Of a stretch of DNA of 64,000 bases, positions 49,441-61,284 are shown one piece after another. The stretch comes from Heterodontus francisci (taxonomy: Eukaryota), in assembly GCF_036365525.1 (NCBI RefSeq), contig NC_090404.1:11994550-12058549 (forward strand). Reading direction: 5' to 3'. The notes under the pieces were generated by a model. That model worked only from the letters and a program-made list of their open reading frames with translations. It searched no databases and had not been told where the DNA came from. The position numbers and the translations under genes were made by a program. The number at the start of each line of letters is the position of its first letter. Position 1 is the stretch's first letter.

Positions 49441-50831
49441 GTAAGAGACTTAAACCAAAGAAGCTCCAGATCATTCTGTGCTCTGTTGTTAATCAAATAA
49501 AGGAATTTATAGGAACTCGTACAAAACACAGAATATTTTCTAATTTCCCATCATGCAGTTTGTATATTTCTTTCCGCTGTGAGTGCTGAATTAGGATTGC
49601 TCACGGTTCAACATGTCATCACATCACATCAATAGTCCCCTCTGCCTAGATGCCATATAGTGAGTGAGGTGACCTTGATATCAGGTTTATTCTGAGCGGC
49701 ATTAAGTAATGAGGACAGGTTTATCAGACCTAACTGGTATTGCTTTCAGTATTAAAGATGAAAAGGGAATCTAACTGAGGTGTTTTAGTTGTTTATTGGA
49801 ATTGATGGAGTCGATGGAGAAAAACATTTCTTCGGGTGTGGGACTCCAGAACAAGTGGGTATAACCTACAAATTTGACCAAGATCATATAGGGATGATAT
49901 CAGGAAGGAGCTATTCACACAATGGGTAGCGCAAACCTAGAATTATCTCCCTCAACTCACTCTTGAAGTCTGGCATCAATTGAAACATTTAGTGTTGATA
50001 TTGATAGATTGAAATTAGGCAAGGGAATAAGGGTAGACGGTGTTAAGATACAGATCAGCCATTGTCTAACAGAATGGTGGAACAGGCTCGAGGGGATGAA
50101 TGGACTACTCTTTTTCTTCTGTTTTTATGATTGTCCTCTGGTCAGATCGCCCTCTGACTCCAGACGGACATATGAGGAGTTCTCACTCATGACAGATATT
50201 TGCAAAGTGCCTCAGACCGTTATTGCAATTTATTCTCCACATCAAAAAGACTCCTGAGAATATTTTCACCACCTTTCACCCCTCCTGCGATTGGTTCCAA
50301 CATATTCTCAACTCCTCAACTATCGTGACAAGGCGCCAGAAAATTAACTTTTTTTTCCTGTTGGGCCAAAATTTCGGAATTTCGTTTGACACTCGTTTTG
50401 AGCCAGTGTGAATTACATGTCTAGCTTGTGCCCATGGGAGATAGAGCCATTATATTCAGCGGAGATACGAACATACTAATTAGGAGCAGGATTTGGTCAC
50501 TCGGCCTCTCGAGCCGGCTCTGCCAGAGATTTCAGGAAGAACGTTATTCAGTGCGTAACACAAATTCTCCCACAATTATTCGTTTTTTACACCGCGTACT
50601 TGCTTCAAAGTCCATTACAGGCTTCTTAGGGTGCAAGTACACAGTATATGTTATAGGATCTCCAGGAAGCACTTTCAGGTTGTTGTCCTTCCAATAAACT
50701 ATAATATTTTGAGCAACAGCTGGAGATTGATGTCTCGAAATTGATTTAATCTCCTAGAGACAGTGAAGGCTGAAAACTGGTGCCTGATTTTGAAGACGAA
50801 TCTTTGTTTGCCTTTCATTTCTGTTTTACAG

Positions 50832-51140
50832 TTCCTTGCTCCTGCAATGATCCAGTAATTAAACTACTGCCACCATCAATAGAACAGGTCTTACTGGAGG
50901 CGACGGTGACCTTAAACTGCATCGTGTCTAATGCTCCTTATGGAGTCAATGTGTCCTGGACCCAAGAACAGAAGTCTTTGAAATCAGAGATTGCCGTCCA
51001 ACCTGGAGAGGATGCAGACAGCGTGATCAGCACCGTAAACATCTCGACGCAAGCCTGGCTGAGTGGGGCTGAGTTCTACTGCGTGGTGAACCATCAGGAT
51101 CTGCCGACTCCTCTCAGAGCATCCATCCACAAGGAAGAAG
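50832..51140 (+). CDS. IGHM: IgM Cmu3 exon
   Basis: tacag|(V)[32 protein letters not shown]...[23 protein letters not shown]|gtgag. Confidence 0.98.
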
Positions 51141-51641
51141 GTGAGCGGTGAGATTGAAGCTATAAGTGAGATGTTGTGATCATTTCTTGCGTTTGTGCAA
51201 GGCCCAATTCGTCCTTTTAAGTGCTCACATGGATTATTCTGATAATTTAAGTGTAATTCCACTGAAAAAACCCCTCTGGAACCATAGGTAATGCATTTAA
51301 GGGGAAGCGAGATAAGTAGATGAGGGAGAAAGGAATAGAAGGAGATGAAGTAAGGCGGGAGGAGGTTTGTGTGCAGAGTAAGCAACAACACAGACTAGTT
51401 GGGCCGAATGACCAGTTTTTCTGCTGTAAAATCTATGTAATGTTCCAGTCTAATCCTTTAAATTCTCATCGAGAAGGATTGCATCCACCTCTGCTCCGGG
51501 CTGGAAAACAGGACTGAGCCCAGAGGGGAAAAGGAAACCTTTAAAATTCAGCGCAAAGCACATTCCTTTCACATGTAACCACCGGTTTCATTGTCTCTGG
51601 AATTCTCCAGTTTATTGACATTAATTTTAATTTTTCTGCAG

Positions 51642-52033
51642 TTAAAGATCTGCGAGAACCGTCCGTGTCTATCCTCCTGTCCCCGGCAGAAGATGTCTCC
51701 GCTCAGAGGTTCCTCTCCCTCACCTGCTTAGTGAGAGGTTTCTCCCCCCGAGAGATCTTCGTCAAGTGGACCATCAATGACAAGTCGGTGAATCCTGGCA
51801 ACTACAAGAACACCGAGGTGATGGCAGAGAACGACAACAGCTCCTACTTCATCTACAGCCTGTTATCCATTGCAGCGGAGGAGTGGGCCAGCGGCGCTTC
51901 TTACTCCTGTGTGGTGGGACATGAAGCGATCCCCTTGAAGATCATCAACAGAACAGTTAATAAATCGAGCGGTAAACCCAGTTTTGTGAACATTTCCCTT
52001 GCACTGTTGGACACTGTCAATTCTTGTCAATGA
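51642..52033 (+). CDS. IGHM: IgM Cmu4 exon plus secretory tailpiece; internal donor for the membrane form after 51971
   Basis: tgcag|(V)[18 protein letters not shown]...[24 protein letters not shown]|GTAAA, tailpiece [20 protein letters not shown] with NIS sequon and penultimate Cys. Confidence 0.98.
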
Positions 52034-52061
52034 GAATCTCTCGATTGCATTTCAATTCTTA

Positions 52062-52077
52062 AATAAAAACCAATAAA
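52062..52077 (+). terminator. Secretory-form polyadenylation signals
   Basis: AATAAA at 52062-52067 and 52072-52077. Confidence 0.85.
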
Positions 52078-52514
52078 GACCTTTTATTCCAACCGCGATT
52101 TAAATACACAGCCACTCAATTAATTTTGCTTCCCACATTTGCTAAGGGTAGATCTGTTCATGTAAAGTAGGATATTTGAAAAACACGGGCACAAGTCTGT
52201 AGAATGGTGCTCCAAGCTCAGATACACCACAGCTGAGCAACAAAGGAAGGGAATTCATTGCTGGATTCTGCAGAGTAACTTCAGCAACTTTCCCCCTCTG
52301 GGGGAGGTCCGAAATTTTCCCTTTTCTAACAAACAAACGCGGCGAATTGAGATTTTGGTGTTCCTGCTCCTCGTGTTGTCCATCCTTTCAGATTTGGGGC
52401 CAGTTTTAATTTGCAGCAGAGGAAAGACTGATCAGCCGAAGGGCCTGTTTCTGTGCTGTCTAACTCTGCGACTCCATGAATTGAGGACGACACACGAATA
52501 CCAACAACACCCAA

Positions 52515-52760
52515 AATCCCCCAACAGGAAGAGGGAAAAGGACAATTTATTAACTCACTGTAACCCCACTTCCTGAACAGAGAAAGGGAAAGGGCAGTTG
52601 TTAATCCACTGTAACTCCACTTCTCCAACAGAGAGAGGGCAGAGGGAGATGTGAACCGATTGCAGCCCTCACTCAATTCCTCCAATAGATAAACGAGCAA
52701 GGACATTTTTTAACCCACTAGACTCTCACTCCTCCGGCAGAGAGCTTGGAAGGCAACTGC
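52515..52760. repeat. Diverged ~50-bp tandem repeat in the Cmu4-TM1 intron
   Basis: Recurrent AACAGAGA.AGGG.AAGG.CA..TTAA..CACTGTAAC.CCACTTC. Confidence 0.6.
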
Positions 52761-53149
52761 TCTCTATTATATGGACTCAGTTGTCATCAGTACAAAGTCA
52801 GCTTCTAGCTGACTGTGCGAGCATTTTAAACTTTCTACACGGAAACCATCTTGTAAAACATATATGTATGCAACATAATATCTTTAAACTTTTCCCTGTT
52901 AATCTTGTTGAAACAGATTGAATTCTAACAGTCCAATTCTAACCAGTGATATAATCCTCCTCTGTTTTTTCATACTTGTGCTCCTGATGTTTATGAGGCC
53001 CATCAGTTGCATTGCTGCATGCATGCAGATGATGTCATATTGCATCTCTCACAAAATACATTTACACAGAATAGTGAAGAATGTTCTCGACAATGCACAC
53101 TGTCAAGGCCAGACCTGGTTATTGGTTCTCTGTGAAACTTTGAAGAATA

Positions 53150-54500
53150 ATAAAAACACACAGGCACACGGACACAAACACACACATAAACACACTCACA
53201 TACACCTACACACTGGAACAGACACAAATGCTGATATATAGGCTCCCACAATCACACACATAAACATAAACATAACGACGCACCGTAGTACAGTCTCACG
53301 TACACAGAAACATAGACATAAAAGCACACACATGGATTCACCATTGACACACATACATGGGCGTATATATTAGCACATTAGCAAACTGGCAAACATGCAC
53401 CCAAACATGTCGATAGATAGACACATTAACACACAAATAAACACCAACATTAATATACTGACACACTCACTCACACACAAATAAACACCAACATTAATGT
53501 AAATAAATGCAAGATACTGCAGATGCTGGAAATCAGAAATAAAAACAAGAAATGCTGGAAACACACAGCAGGTCTGGCAGCATCTGTGGAGAGAGAAGCA
53601 GAGTTATCGTTTCAGAACAGTAACCCTTCATCAGAACTGGCAAATATTAGAAATGTAAAAGGTTTTAAACAAGTAAAGTAGGGGTGGGGCAAGGATAACA
53701 AAAGAGAAGGTGTTGATAGGACAAAGTCACAGAGAATAACTGACCAGAAGGCCACAGTTTGCCTTTGATCCTTTTATATTTTAAACGTTTGCATTTCTAA
53801 TATTTGCCAGTTCTGATGAAGGGTAACTAACCAAGCTTAATGTACTTACACACTCACTCACAGCATCAACAGCAACTTAAGATACTGACACATTCACTCA
53901 CACAGAAATAAACACCAACATTAATATACTGACACACACATGGATAAACAAACACGCACATAAACACATACATTCGCACACATGTACAAATAATCATACA
54001 TGAACACACGCATTAATGCATAAATGTAAACATTAACACACACACGCACATTATCACACTTATGGAGGTACCAACACATGTAAACAAACACATTAACAAA
54101 CCCAGATCGACACATTGACACATAAAATCGGATTAACTTACAGGGACACATAAAGATCCATCAACACAGAAACACAGGTTAACAAACTCACACATAAATA
54201 AATATTGACACACTCATACAAAACATGGACAGATAGGCACAACACACACACAAGCACACACAGCCGCATACACACATGCGGTCATTTGAATACACATATC
54301 TATGCACATTGGCACAGCCATCAACATATAAACTAGAACATTAATACACTCGCACTTGAATATATAAACGAACAAATAAACACACTCATTAACACTCACA
54401 CGCAAGCACACATGGATACACACACACAGAGTAATGCAAAGCAAGAGATACTGATACACACACACAGAAGCAATAAAGCGCACAGACAAAAACACTAGAC
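53150..54500. repeat. CA-rich low-complexity tract containing an antisense Penelope-like fragment (53505-53830)
   Basis: Degenerate (CA)n. The insert has an inverted repeat of CCCTTCATCAGAACTGGCAAATATTAGAAATG. Confidence 0.85.
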
Positions 54501-55079
54501 TATAGACGAAAGCAGAATTCAAATGCAATATTTGAACAGACAACGTCCCCAACAATTTCCTTGATACATGTTGGACTTTCAATCGCAATAAAGCAATGTT
54601 CTCAGTTAGAAACTGCGATCAATTAATGATTTACTAACCACTCTCATCACAAATAAACAAACAAGATTGGAATTCACATTCGATCTCTTACCCAGCACCA
54701 TTGACAATCTCCAAACAAGTAGTTATCTGAATCTATCTTCACAATAATTGTTATCGATCAGCAAACCTCCCTCGGTATCTCACCATAATTGCTAAGGATA
54801 GAACGAAATTGATCCAAAATAAAAGCGCTTGACACTGAAGGAAAAACTGACATATTTTCCAATATGACCTGGACGAGGATCATAAAGAAAGAACGACTGT
54901 GGCGTTACTAACAGAGATTGATTGCTGAATGTGATTAATCTAACAATAGATATAGATTTAAAATTAAATTCGGGAGCAAAATCATGGGTTAAGGAAGAGA
55001 AATGCGAATGCAAACTAACAATCTTATATCCTGCTTTAATAAATAATCTAAATATATTTCCTCCTCTACATCACTGTAG

Positions 55080-55207
55080 ATTCCTCAGACCACATCTGGA
55101 TTGAAGACAATGAGCAAGAGAGCGGCAGCGTCTGGACAACAGCTTCTACATTCATCATCCTGTTCTTCCTGAGCATTTTCTACAGTGCTGCCGTCACTCT
55201 GGTGAAG
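55080..55207 (+). CDS. IGHM: IgM TM1 exon
   Basis: tgtag|(D)SSDHIWIEDNEQESGSVWTTASTFIILFFLSIFYSAAVTLVK|gtgag, with the conserved antigen-receptor transmembrane motif. Confidence 0.97.
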
Positions 55208-55353
55208 GTGAGAAGATTCAAACCACTCACACTTCAATTTGACTGAAGCTGTTTAGTAAATCTCTAAAACTTTCATCGATTTAAAAAAAAACTCTGAGAT
55301 GAAATTTCCAGACCACGAAATCTCTGCTTCATTCTTTTATCCCTCTTTTACAG

Positions 55354-55362
55354 GTCAAGTGA
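55354..55362 (+). CDS. IGHM: IgM TM2 exon (VK*)
   Basis: ttttacag|GTC AAG TGA, giving the cytoplasmic KVK tail. Confidence 0.95.
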   Translation, partial: VK

Positions 55363-55764
55363 ATGATTGAATTTCGGCCGGCCTGGATTTTCCTCATTTT
55401 CTAACATCTCTGTATGACCAAAAAAAGAGGAAACCTGTAAAAGTAGAATACTTTCAGTTTATGGTTCCGAATCTGCAGCTGAGAAAATCATAAACATTAA
55501 CTTAGTTGTTTTTTTTGAAATGTATGAGATAATCGTGGCAATAATGTAAATGTACCTTCGACATTCATGTGTAAATAAGTAACTATTCCTTACTCATAAG
55601 TGTTTCCTCTCTTTTATGTTTTCTCTCTCTCATATGTTACAGTTTTACAGACAGCTGCAGCTCAGACCGCATGTGTTCTGTTCTCAATGTGATGCACAGT
55701 TGTTATATTCACTCTTCCTTTTCTTTTAAAGTCTTCTCTGTAAAATGTTCCTTTTGAAATTGCT

Positions 55765-55770
55765 AATAAA
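55765..55770 (+). terminator. Probable membrane-form polyadenylation signal
   Basis: First AATAAA I found downstream of the TM2 stop. Confidence 0.6.
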
Positions 55771-56319
55771 TATTGAACAACAACAAACTTGGACTTTGCT
55801 GAATCCTTTACCCCAAGGCCACCCACACCGCTCTATATTCCCTGTTCCACGTTTTTCCCCTTTCCTGACATCTATTTTGCACCAGTCCGTCTGGTTGCGT
55901 TTAAACCCACGGCTCTTCGGTGAAAGAGCCGCTGCGCCATCCAGAGCCCCATCAGAGTAAAGACACCTTTCCCTCTGCCTCATTGTGACAACCACCAGAG
56001 GCAGAAAGACCGCACAGCGACCAGGAGCACCTCGCTGACTTCCACTATCTTATGTTCTGTCAGAGTCACCTGCCAGGTTATATTAAAGAGCAGCATTCTG
56101 CTCTATCACAGATTGATACAGTATGGCATAACAAAGAATGCGGTCCCAACAAACTTTTCCAGGACAGGCATGGAAAAGGTTAGATGTCGGAGTAATCTCA
56201 CTCTGCACTGTCCCATCAAACACTCCCAGGACAAGTACAGCACCAGTTAGACACAGAGTAAAGCTCTTTCTACACTGTTTCGCAGGACAGGTATGGTACA
56301 GGTTAGATTTATTACACAG

Positions 56320-57100
56320 ACACGTGAGGAAGAACAAACCCTGGGCCTGATTCCTCGAGACTGGTGCATATCTGACATAATAAATCATCGAGTACAAATA
56401 CCGAGCATTATCCCAAGAAACTGGGGTCCATCTGACAAGCAGGAAGCACAAACCCTAAGAATGATTCCCACAGCTTGGGGCTTAGCTAAAGCAAAGGAGA
56501 AGACATGCCTTGGAAATAATGTCCAATGCCTGAACGGTATGTGATAAACAAGGCAGCACTATTCCTGGGATGAATCCCAAAGCCTGGGGCCGATCAGACA
56601 AAGGAGAGGCAATAAATTGTGGGAATGATTCCTGGAGTCTGACGCCTATCTGATACAGAGACTCTATCTTTGTATTTTCTGTTATACACACAACCCATTC
56701 TCTCTCCACATGTTCTGTCTCACACACACATACTCCACCTTTCTGTTATGCACAGGCCGAATCTCTGCCTCCACCTTTTCTGCTTTACCCATTACCCGTG
56801 CTCCTTGCCACATGTTTCCATGATGTCTTTCCTCTCTCTCTCTGCTCCTTCCCTCTGATGCCATCTGTTTGAACTCACTGAAGATCACTCCAGGTATCCT
56901 CTCTCCCTGCTTAATTCCCTCTATTACCATCTCACTGAAATCATTGAACATCACCCCAGGTATCTTCTCTCCCTGTTCCAATCCCTCTGTCCCATCTCCC
57001 TGAGCTAACTGAACATCACTCCAGGAATCCTCTCTCCCTGCTCCATTCTCTTTGATACCATCCCTCTGAACTCACTGATCGTTACCCAGGGATCCGCATT
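56320..57100. repeat. Two diverged minisatellites (~55-bp units 56320-56660; ~65-bp units 56840-57100)
   Basis: ATGATTCCCA..GCCTGGGGC..ATCTGACAA and TGAACTCACTGAACATCACTCCAGG.ATCCTCTCTCCCTG recur. Confidence 0.7.
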
Positions 57101-57109
57101 CTATCTCCC

Positions 57110-58380
57110 TTTAAAAGAAGTGGCTGTCGAGATAGTGGATGCATTGGTTGTAATCTGCCAAAATACCCTAGTTTCTGGAAAGCTCCTGGCTGATTGGAAA
57201 CCCGTAAAATGTGGTGTGACAGACAGCAGGAAGCCATAGACCTTTTGGCCTAACAGCTGTCACAACTATTTAGACAGAATCTCAAGACCTTGAAGAGAGT
57301 GCAGAGGAAGTACACCAGAATAGTAGCAGGAGTATGGCATCAAGGAGCACGAGCAAAACTGGAGTCAATGGGAATCAGGGGAAAACTCTCCGCTGGTTGG
57401 AGTCATATCTAGCACAAAGGTGGATGGTTGTACTTGTTGGAGGTGAATCATCTCACCCCCAAGACATCACTGCAGGAGTTCCTCAGGGTAGAGTCCTAGA
57501 CCCAACCATCTTCAGCTTCAATTTCAGCAATATTCATTTTCATCTTCCCTCCATCATAAGGTCAGATGATTGCACAATGCCCAGCACTCTTCCACCTCGA
57601 AGGAGAAGCGCAGCAGATGCATGGGAACACCACCAACTTCAAGGACCCCTCCAAGCCACACACCATCCTGACCTGGGACTATATCGTCGTTCCTTTGCTG
57701 TCGCTGGGTCAAAATTCAAGATCCCTTCCTAATAGCACCGTGGGTGCACCTACACCCCAAGGACTGCAATGGTTCAAGAAGGCAGCTCACCACCACCTTC
57801 TCAAGGGCAATTAGCGATGGCAATAAATGCTGACCTCGCCAGCGATGCCCACATCCCGTGAAGGAATGAATAAAGTGATAAACTTGTATGTGGGGAACCG
57901 AGAAAAACTGGGATTGCTCTCCCCATATCAGTATAGAGTAGATTGCATGTAACTGGTGTAACCCAGGACTCCGATTTAAAAGAATTGCTTAAAAAAGGAC
58001 AAGGAAAAATAAGTTTTATTTAATACATGGAGATTTGTTAAGATTTAGAATGCATTGCTTGGAAGGTTGGTGGAAGCATTTTGGAATAGTAACTTTCGAA
58101 AGAGAATTGTTCCTTTACTTGAAAATGAAAACAATGCAGCGTAGTGTGAAAATTGTAAATGGTGAGGGATGATTTAGAGAGATCTTTCAAAGAGGCATAG
58201 GGACGCTGGACCAAAATCTTGGAACTCCCTTCCTAACAGCACTTTGGGTGTTTCTACCCCACAAGACTGCGGCAGTTCAAGAAGGCAACTCATCACCACT
58301 TTCTTAAGGCCAATTAGGGATCGACAATAAATGCTAGCCTGGACAGCGACACCCAAATCCCATGAAGGAATTACAAAAAA
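57110..58380 (+). mobile_element. Mixed LINE fragments (CR1 and the KKAAHHHLLKGN family)
   Basis: ORFs 57334-57732 (AGVPQG) and 57566-57814. Confidence 0.8.
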
Positions 58381-58739
58381 AAATGATATTCAGCTGCGAG
58401 GTCTCCTCAAGTTGAATATCACATCAGGTTAAGGGAAGGAAGAATTAACGGCCCTTCTGGAGGGCTCGGAGTGATATTTGGGAATGGGTGGTGTTGATGC
58501 TTGAACTCTTTCGCTGCCCCAATATCTCTCTCCCCTCATTCCCCACCACTATCATTTGGAGCTGTCCTGTCCTCTGTGCTACATTTATCGTGAATTGCCC
58601 TCGCTGACTCTCTCTGTCCCTTTGTCCTTTCCCCGGACTGCGTAAGACTTATTGGTGCACGGCAGCTTTAAGATGCTAGACAGACCTGCCTTGGGTCACA
58701 GCCATGAATCAGGGATCACAGGGGCTGATCGGAGGGTGG

Positions 58740-58960
58740 AGACGGCCGTGGCCCCCTGACTCGAAATCAATGGGGGAAACAGCCAATCACAGTGCGACGA
58801 CACGGTGAAACCCATTTCTGTCATCCACAGCTCGGCTAACCGGCGTCTGCCGTGGTTTTGAGACGTACGCTCCGCCATCTTTGCATGACGTACACTACGA
58901 TAGCTTTCTGTGGCGTACGGTCGGCCATGCGTCAGTGACGTCACATATTGTTTGCCGTTT
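58740..58960. promoter_or_regulatory. CpG-rich promoter-like patch
   Basis: AGCCAATCA (58781-58789), YY1-like CCGCCATCTT (58872-58881), CRE TGACGTCA (58936-58943). Confidence 0.4.
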
Positions 58961-59069
58961 ATTTAGAAGAACAACTCTTTTGAAAGGAAAACCGACTTCA
59001 GTTTCCATCAAAATTGCTGTTCCATCTTCGTCTGTAAATGTGAAGGTTTCGTCCGCACCAGGACAGCTT

Positions 59070-59565
59070 TGAGGAGGGATGATATGCTAAATGAATCATC
59101 AAATGAGGGTGAAGTAAAAATGGAAATTAGAAAAGCAAAGCGAGGACATGAAAAAATATTGGCGGGGAAATCAAGGAAAACTTGAAGTCGTTTTATCAGT
59201 ACATTATTAGCAAGAGGATAACTAAGGAAAGGGTCGGGCCAATCAGAGATGTACAAGGGAACATACGCTTAGATGCAGAAGATGTGGGCAAGGTTCTGAA
59301 TGAGCTTTTTGTCTCTGTCTTTATAAAGGAGAGGGTTGATGCAGATATTGTAGTTAAAGAGGAGGATTGTGAAATATTAGATACGATAAGCATAATGAGA
59401 GAGGAAGTACTGGAGGGTCTGGTATCCCTGAAAGCGGATAAATCGCCAGGGTCTGATGGATTTCATCCCAGGTTGTTAAAGGAAGCTAGGGAGGAAATAA
59501 CAGATGGGCTGAGGATCATCTTCAAATCCTCACCAGATACAGGAGAGGTACCAGACTATTGGAGG
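59070..59565 (+). mobile_element. CR1-clade LINE internal fragment
   Basis: ORF 59182-59622 KERVGPIRD...KADKSPGSDGFHPRLLKEAREEI. Confidence 0.9.
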
Positions 59566-59659
59566 CATGCACAATGGCGGACCTGGTGCAGAAACGCGAT
59601 GAGGTCAGCACTACATGATTAAGTCATCCTGCGCATGTGCCACTTAGTCCTGGCAAGAT

Positions 59660-60610
59660 GTAGCTGACCTCATCTCCTCTGGAGATCTTCCCACTACAGC
59701 TTGCAACCCCATACTCCAACAACCCCGGATAGCCCGCTTCTACCTCCTTCCCAAAATCCACAAACAGGACTGTCCCGGCAGACCCATTGTGTCAGCCTGC
59801 TCCTGCCCCACTGAACTTATTTCCTCCAATCTTGACTCTATCTTTTCTCCGGTGTTCCAGTCTCTTCCCACCTACATCCGTGGCTCTTCTGATGCCCTAC
59901 GTCATTTTGACAATTTTCAGTAACCTGGCCCCAACCGCCTCCTCTTCACTATGGAGGTCCAATCGCTCTACACCTCCATCCCCCACCAGGACGGTTTGAG
60001 GGCTCTCTGCTTCTTCCTTGAACAGAGGCCCAACCAGTCCCCATCCACCACCACCCTCCTCTGCCTGGCTGAACTTGTTCTCACATTGAACAACTCCTCC
60101 ATCAACTCCACTCACTTCCTTCAAGTAAAAGGTGTTGCAATGGGTCCCCGCATGAATCTTAGTTATGCCTGTCTTTTTGTGGGATATGTCGACCATTCAT
60201 TGTTTCAGTCCGACTCAGGCCCCCTCCCCCAACTCTTTTTCCAGTACATTGATGACTGTATGTTTGTACTTGCGGCTGTTCAATTTTCAGTCCATTAACA
60301 GCTTATCTGTACGAATGCTTTGTCTTTCAACACACCATTAACATATTGTTTGCCTTTGCTCCATGACCTTCTGGTCAGCTATTCTGTGACCTTGTCCTAT
60401 TCATACCTTCCCCTTTATTATCTCTTGCCCCACCCCGCTTTACTTTCTTCTCACCTTATACATTTCTAATATTTGTGAGTTCTGAAGAAGGTCCCTGACC
60501 TGAAACGTTAACTCTGCTTCTCTCTCCACAGATGCTGCCAGACCTGCTGAGTATCTCCAGCATTTCTTGTTTTTATTTCAGATTTCCAGCATCCGCAGTA
60601 TTTTGCTTTT
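59660..60610 (+). mobile_element. Penelope-like retroelement (RT fragment and terminal region)
   Basis: ARFYLLPKIHKQDCPGRPIVS, VQSLYTSIPH, QVKGVAMG and YIDD. Confidence 0.9.
60477..60514 (+). ncRNA. Minimal type I hammerhead ribozyme motif
   Basis: GAGTT-CTGAAGA-AGGTC-CCT-GACCT-GAAAC-GT-T-AACTC: helix I GAGTT/AACTC, CUGANGA core, helix II AGGTC/GACCT, GAAA core, palindromic ACGT in place of helix III. Confidence 0.75.
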
Positions 60611-60659
60611 CAAACTAATTCATGACAACGCTACTTCATCGAGAACGTCATCAGGACGC

Positions 60660-60900
60660 GCCGCAGTGCGCACATGCGCAGACGGTCTCATGCCCCCTGC
60701 GCATGCGCTGCGGTCCGACTTACCAGGACCGCTTTGCGCATGCGCAGAGGACGCGGTACGCGCATGCGTACACATTCTCTTTATCTCTGCGCATGCGCTG
60801 CGTTCCGACCTGCCGGTTTGGTTGTGCGCATGCGCAGATGACGTCATCGCGTTATTTCGTCTTCCTCGCCGACGCGCCAGTTTGGCCTCTGCGCATGCGT
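60660..60900. repeat. CpG-rich stretch with six GCGCATGCG (NRF1-type) palindromes and a CRE; probable transposon terminus
   Basis: Motifs near 60699, 60736, 60760, 60789, 60826 and 60891; ATGACGTCAT at 60838-60847. Confidence 0.75.
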
Positions 60901-61042
60901 CAAATCTTCGGCGCGACTTTTTGAAAGTGGAAGGAGGGGAGGTTTCGTCGGGCATCTTATCTGAATTATTTGTTCGTTTTGGAGACTTGCTTCATTTTTA
61001 TTTGACACAGGAGATTGTTCCAAGGTAAGTTGCTCTGCCTTT

Positions 61043-61266
61043 GTAAGTTGCTCTGAAAACATTTCCATTGTCTGGGCCACCGCATGTTCTCCAGTCCCTG
61101 TTGTGAGTTGCTCTGAAAACATTTCCATTGTCTGGGCCACCGCATGTTCTCCAGTCCCTGTTGCGAGTTGCTCTGAAAACATTTCCATTGTCTGGGCCAC
61201 CGCATGTTCTCCAGTCCCTGTTGTGAGTTGCTCTGAAAACATTTCCATTGTCTGGGCCACCGCATG
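61043..61266. repeat. 60-bp tandem repeat, ~3.7 copies
   Basis: GTGAGTTGCTCTGAAAACATTTCCATTGTCTGGGCCACCGCATGTTCTCCAGTCCCTGTT. Confidence 0.97.
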
Positions 61267-61284
61267 TAGCAGGATGAAGGCACA

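Noticed and set aside
55992-56005. CTCF-like CCACCAGAGGCAGA downstream of TM2
   Set aside because: One base short in the core relative to consensus; too weak to call without a PWM score.
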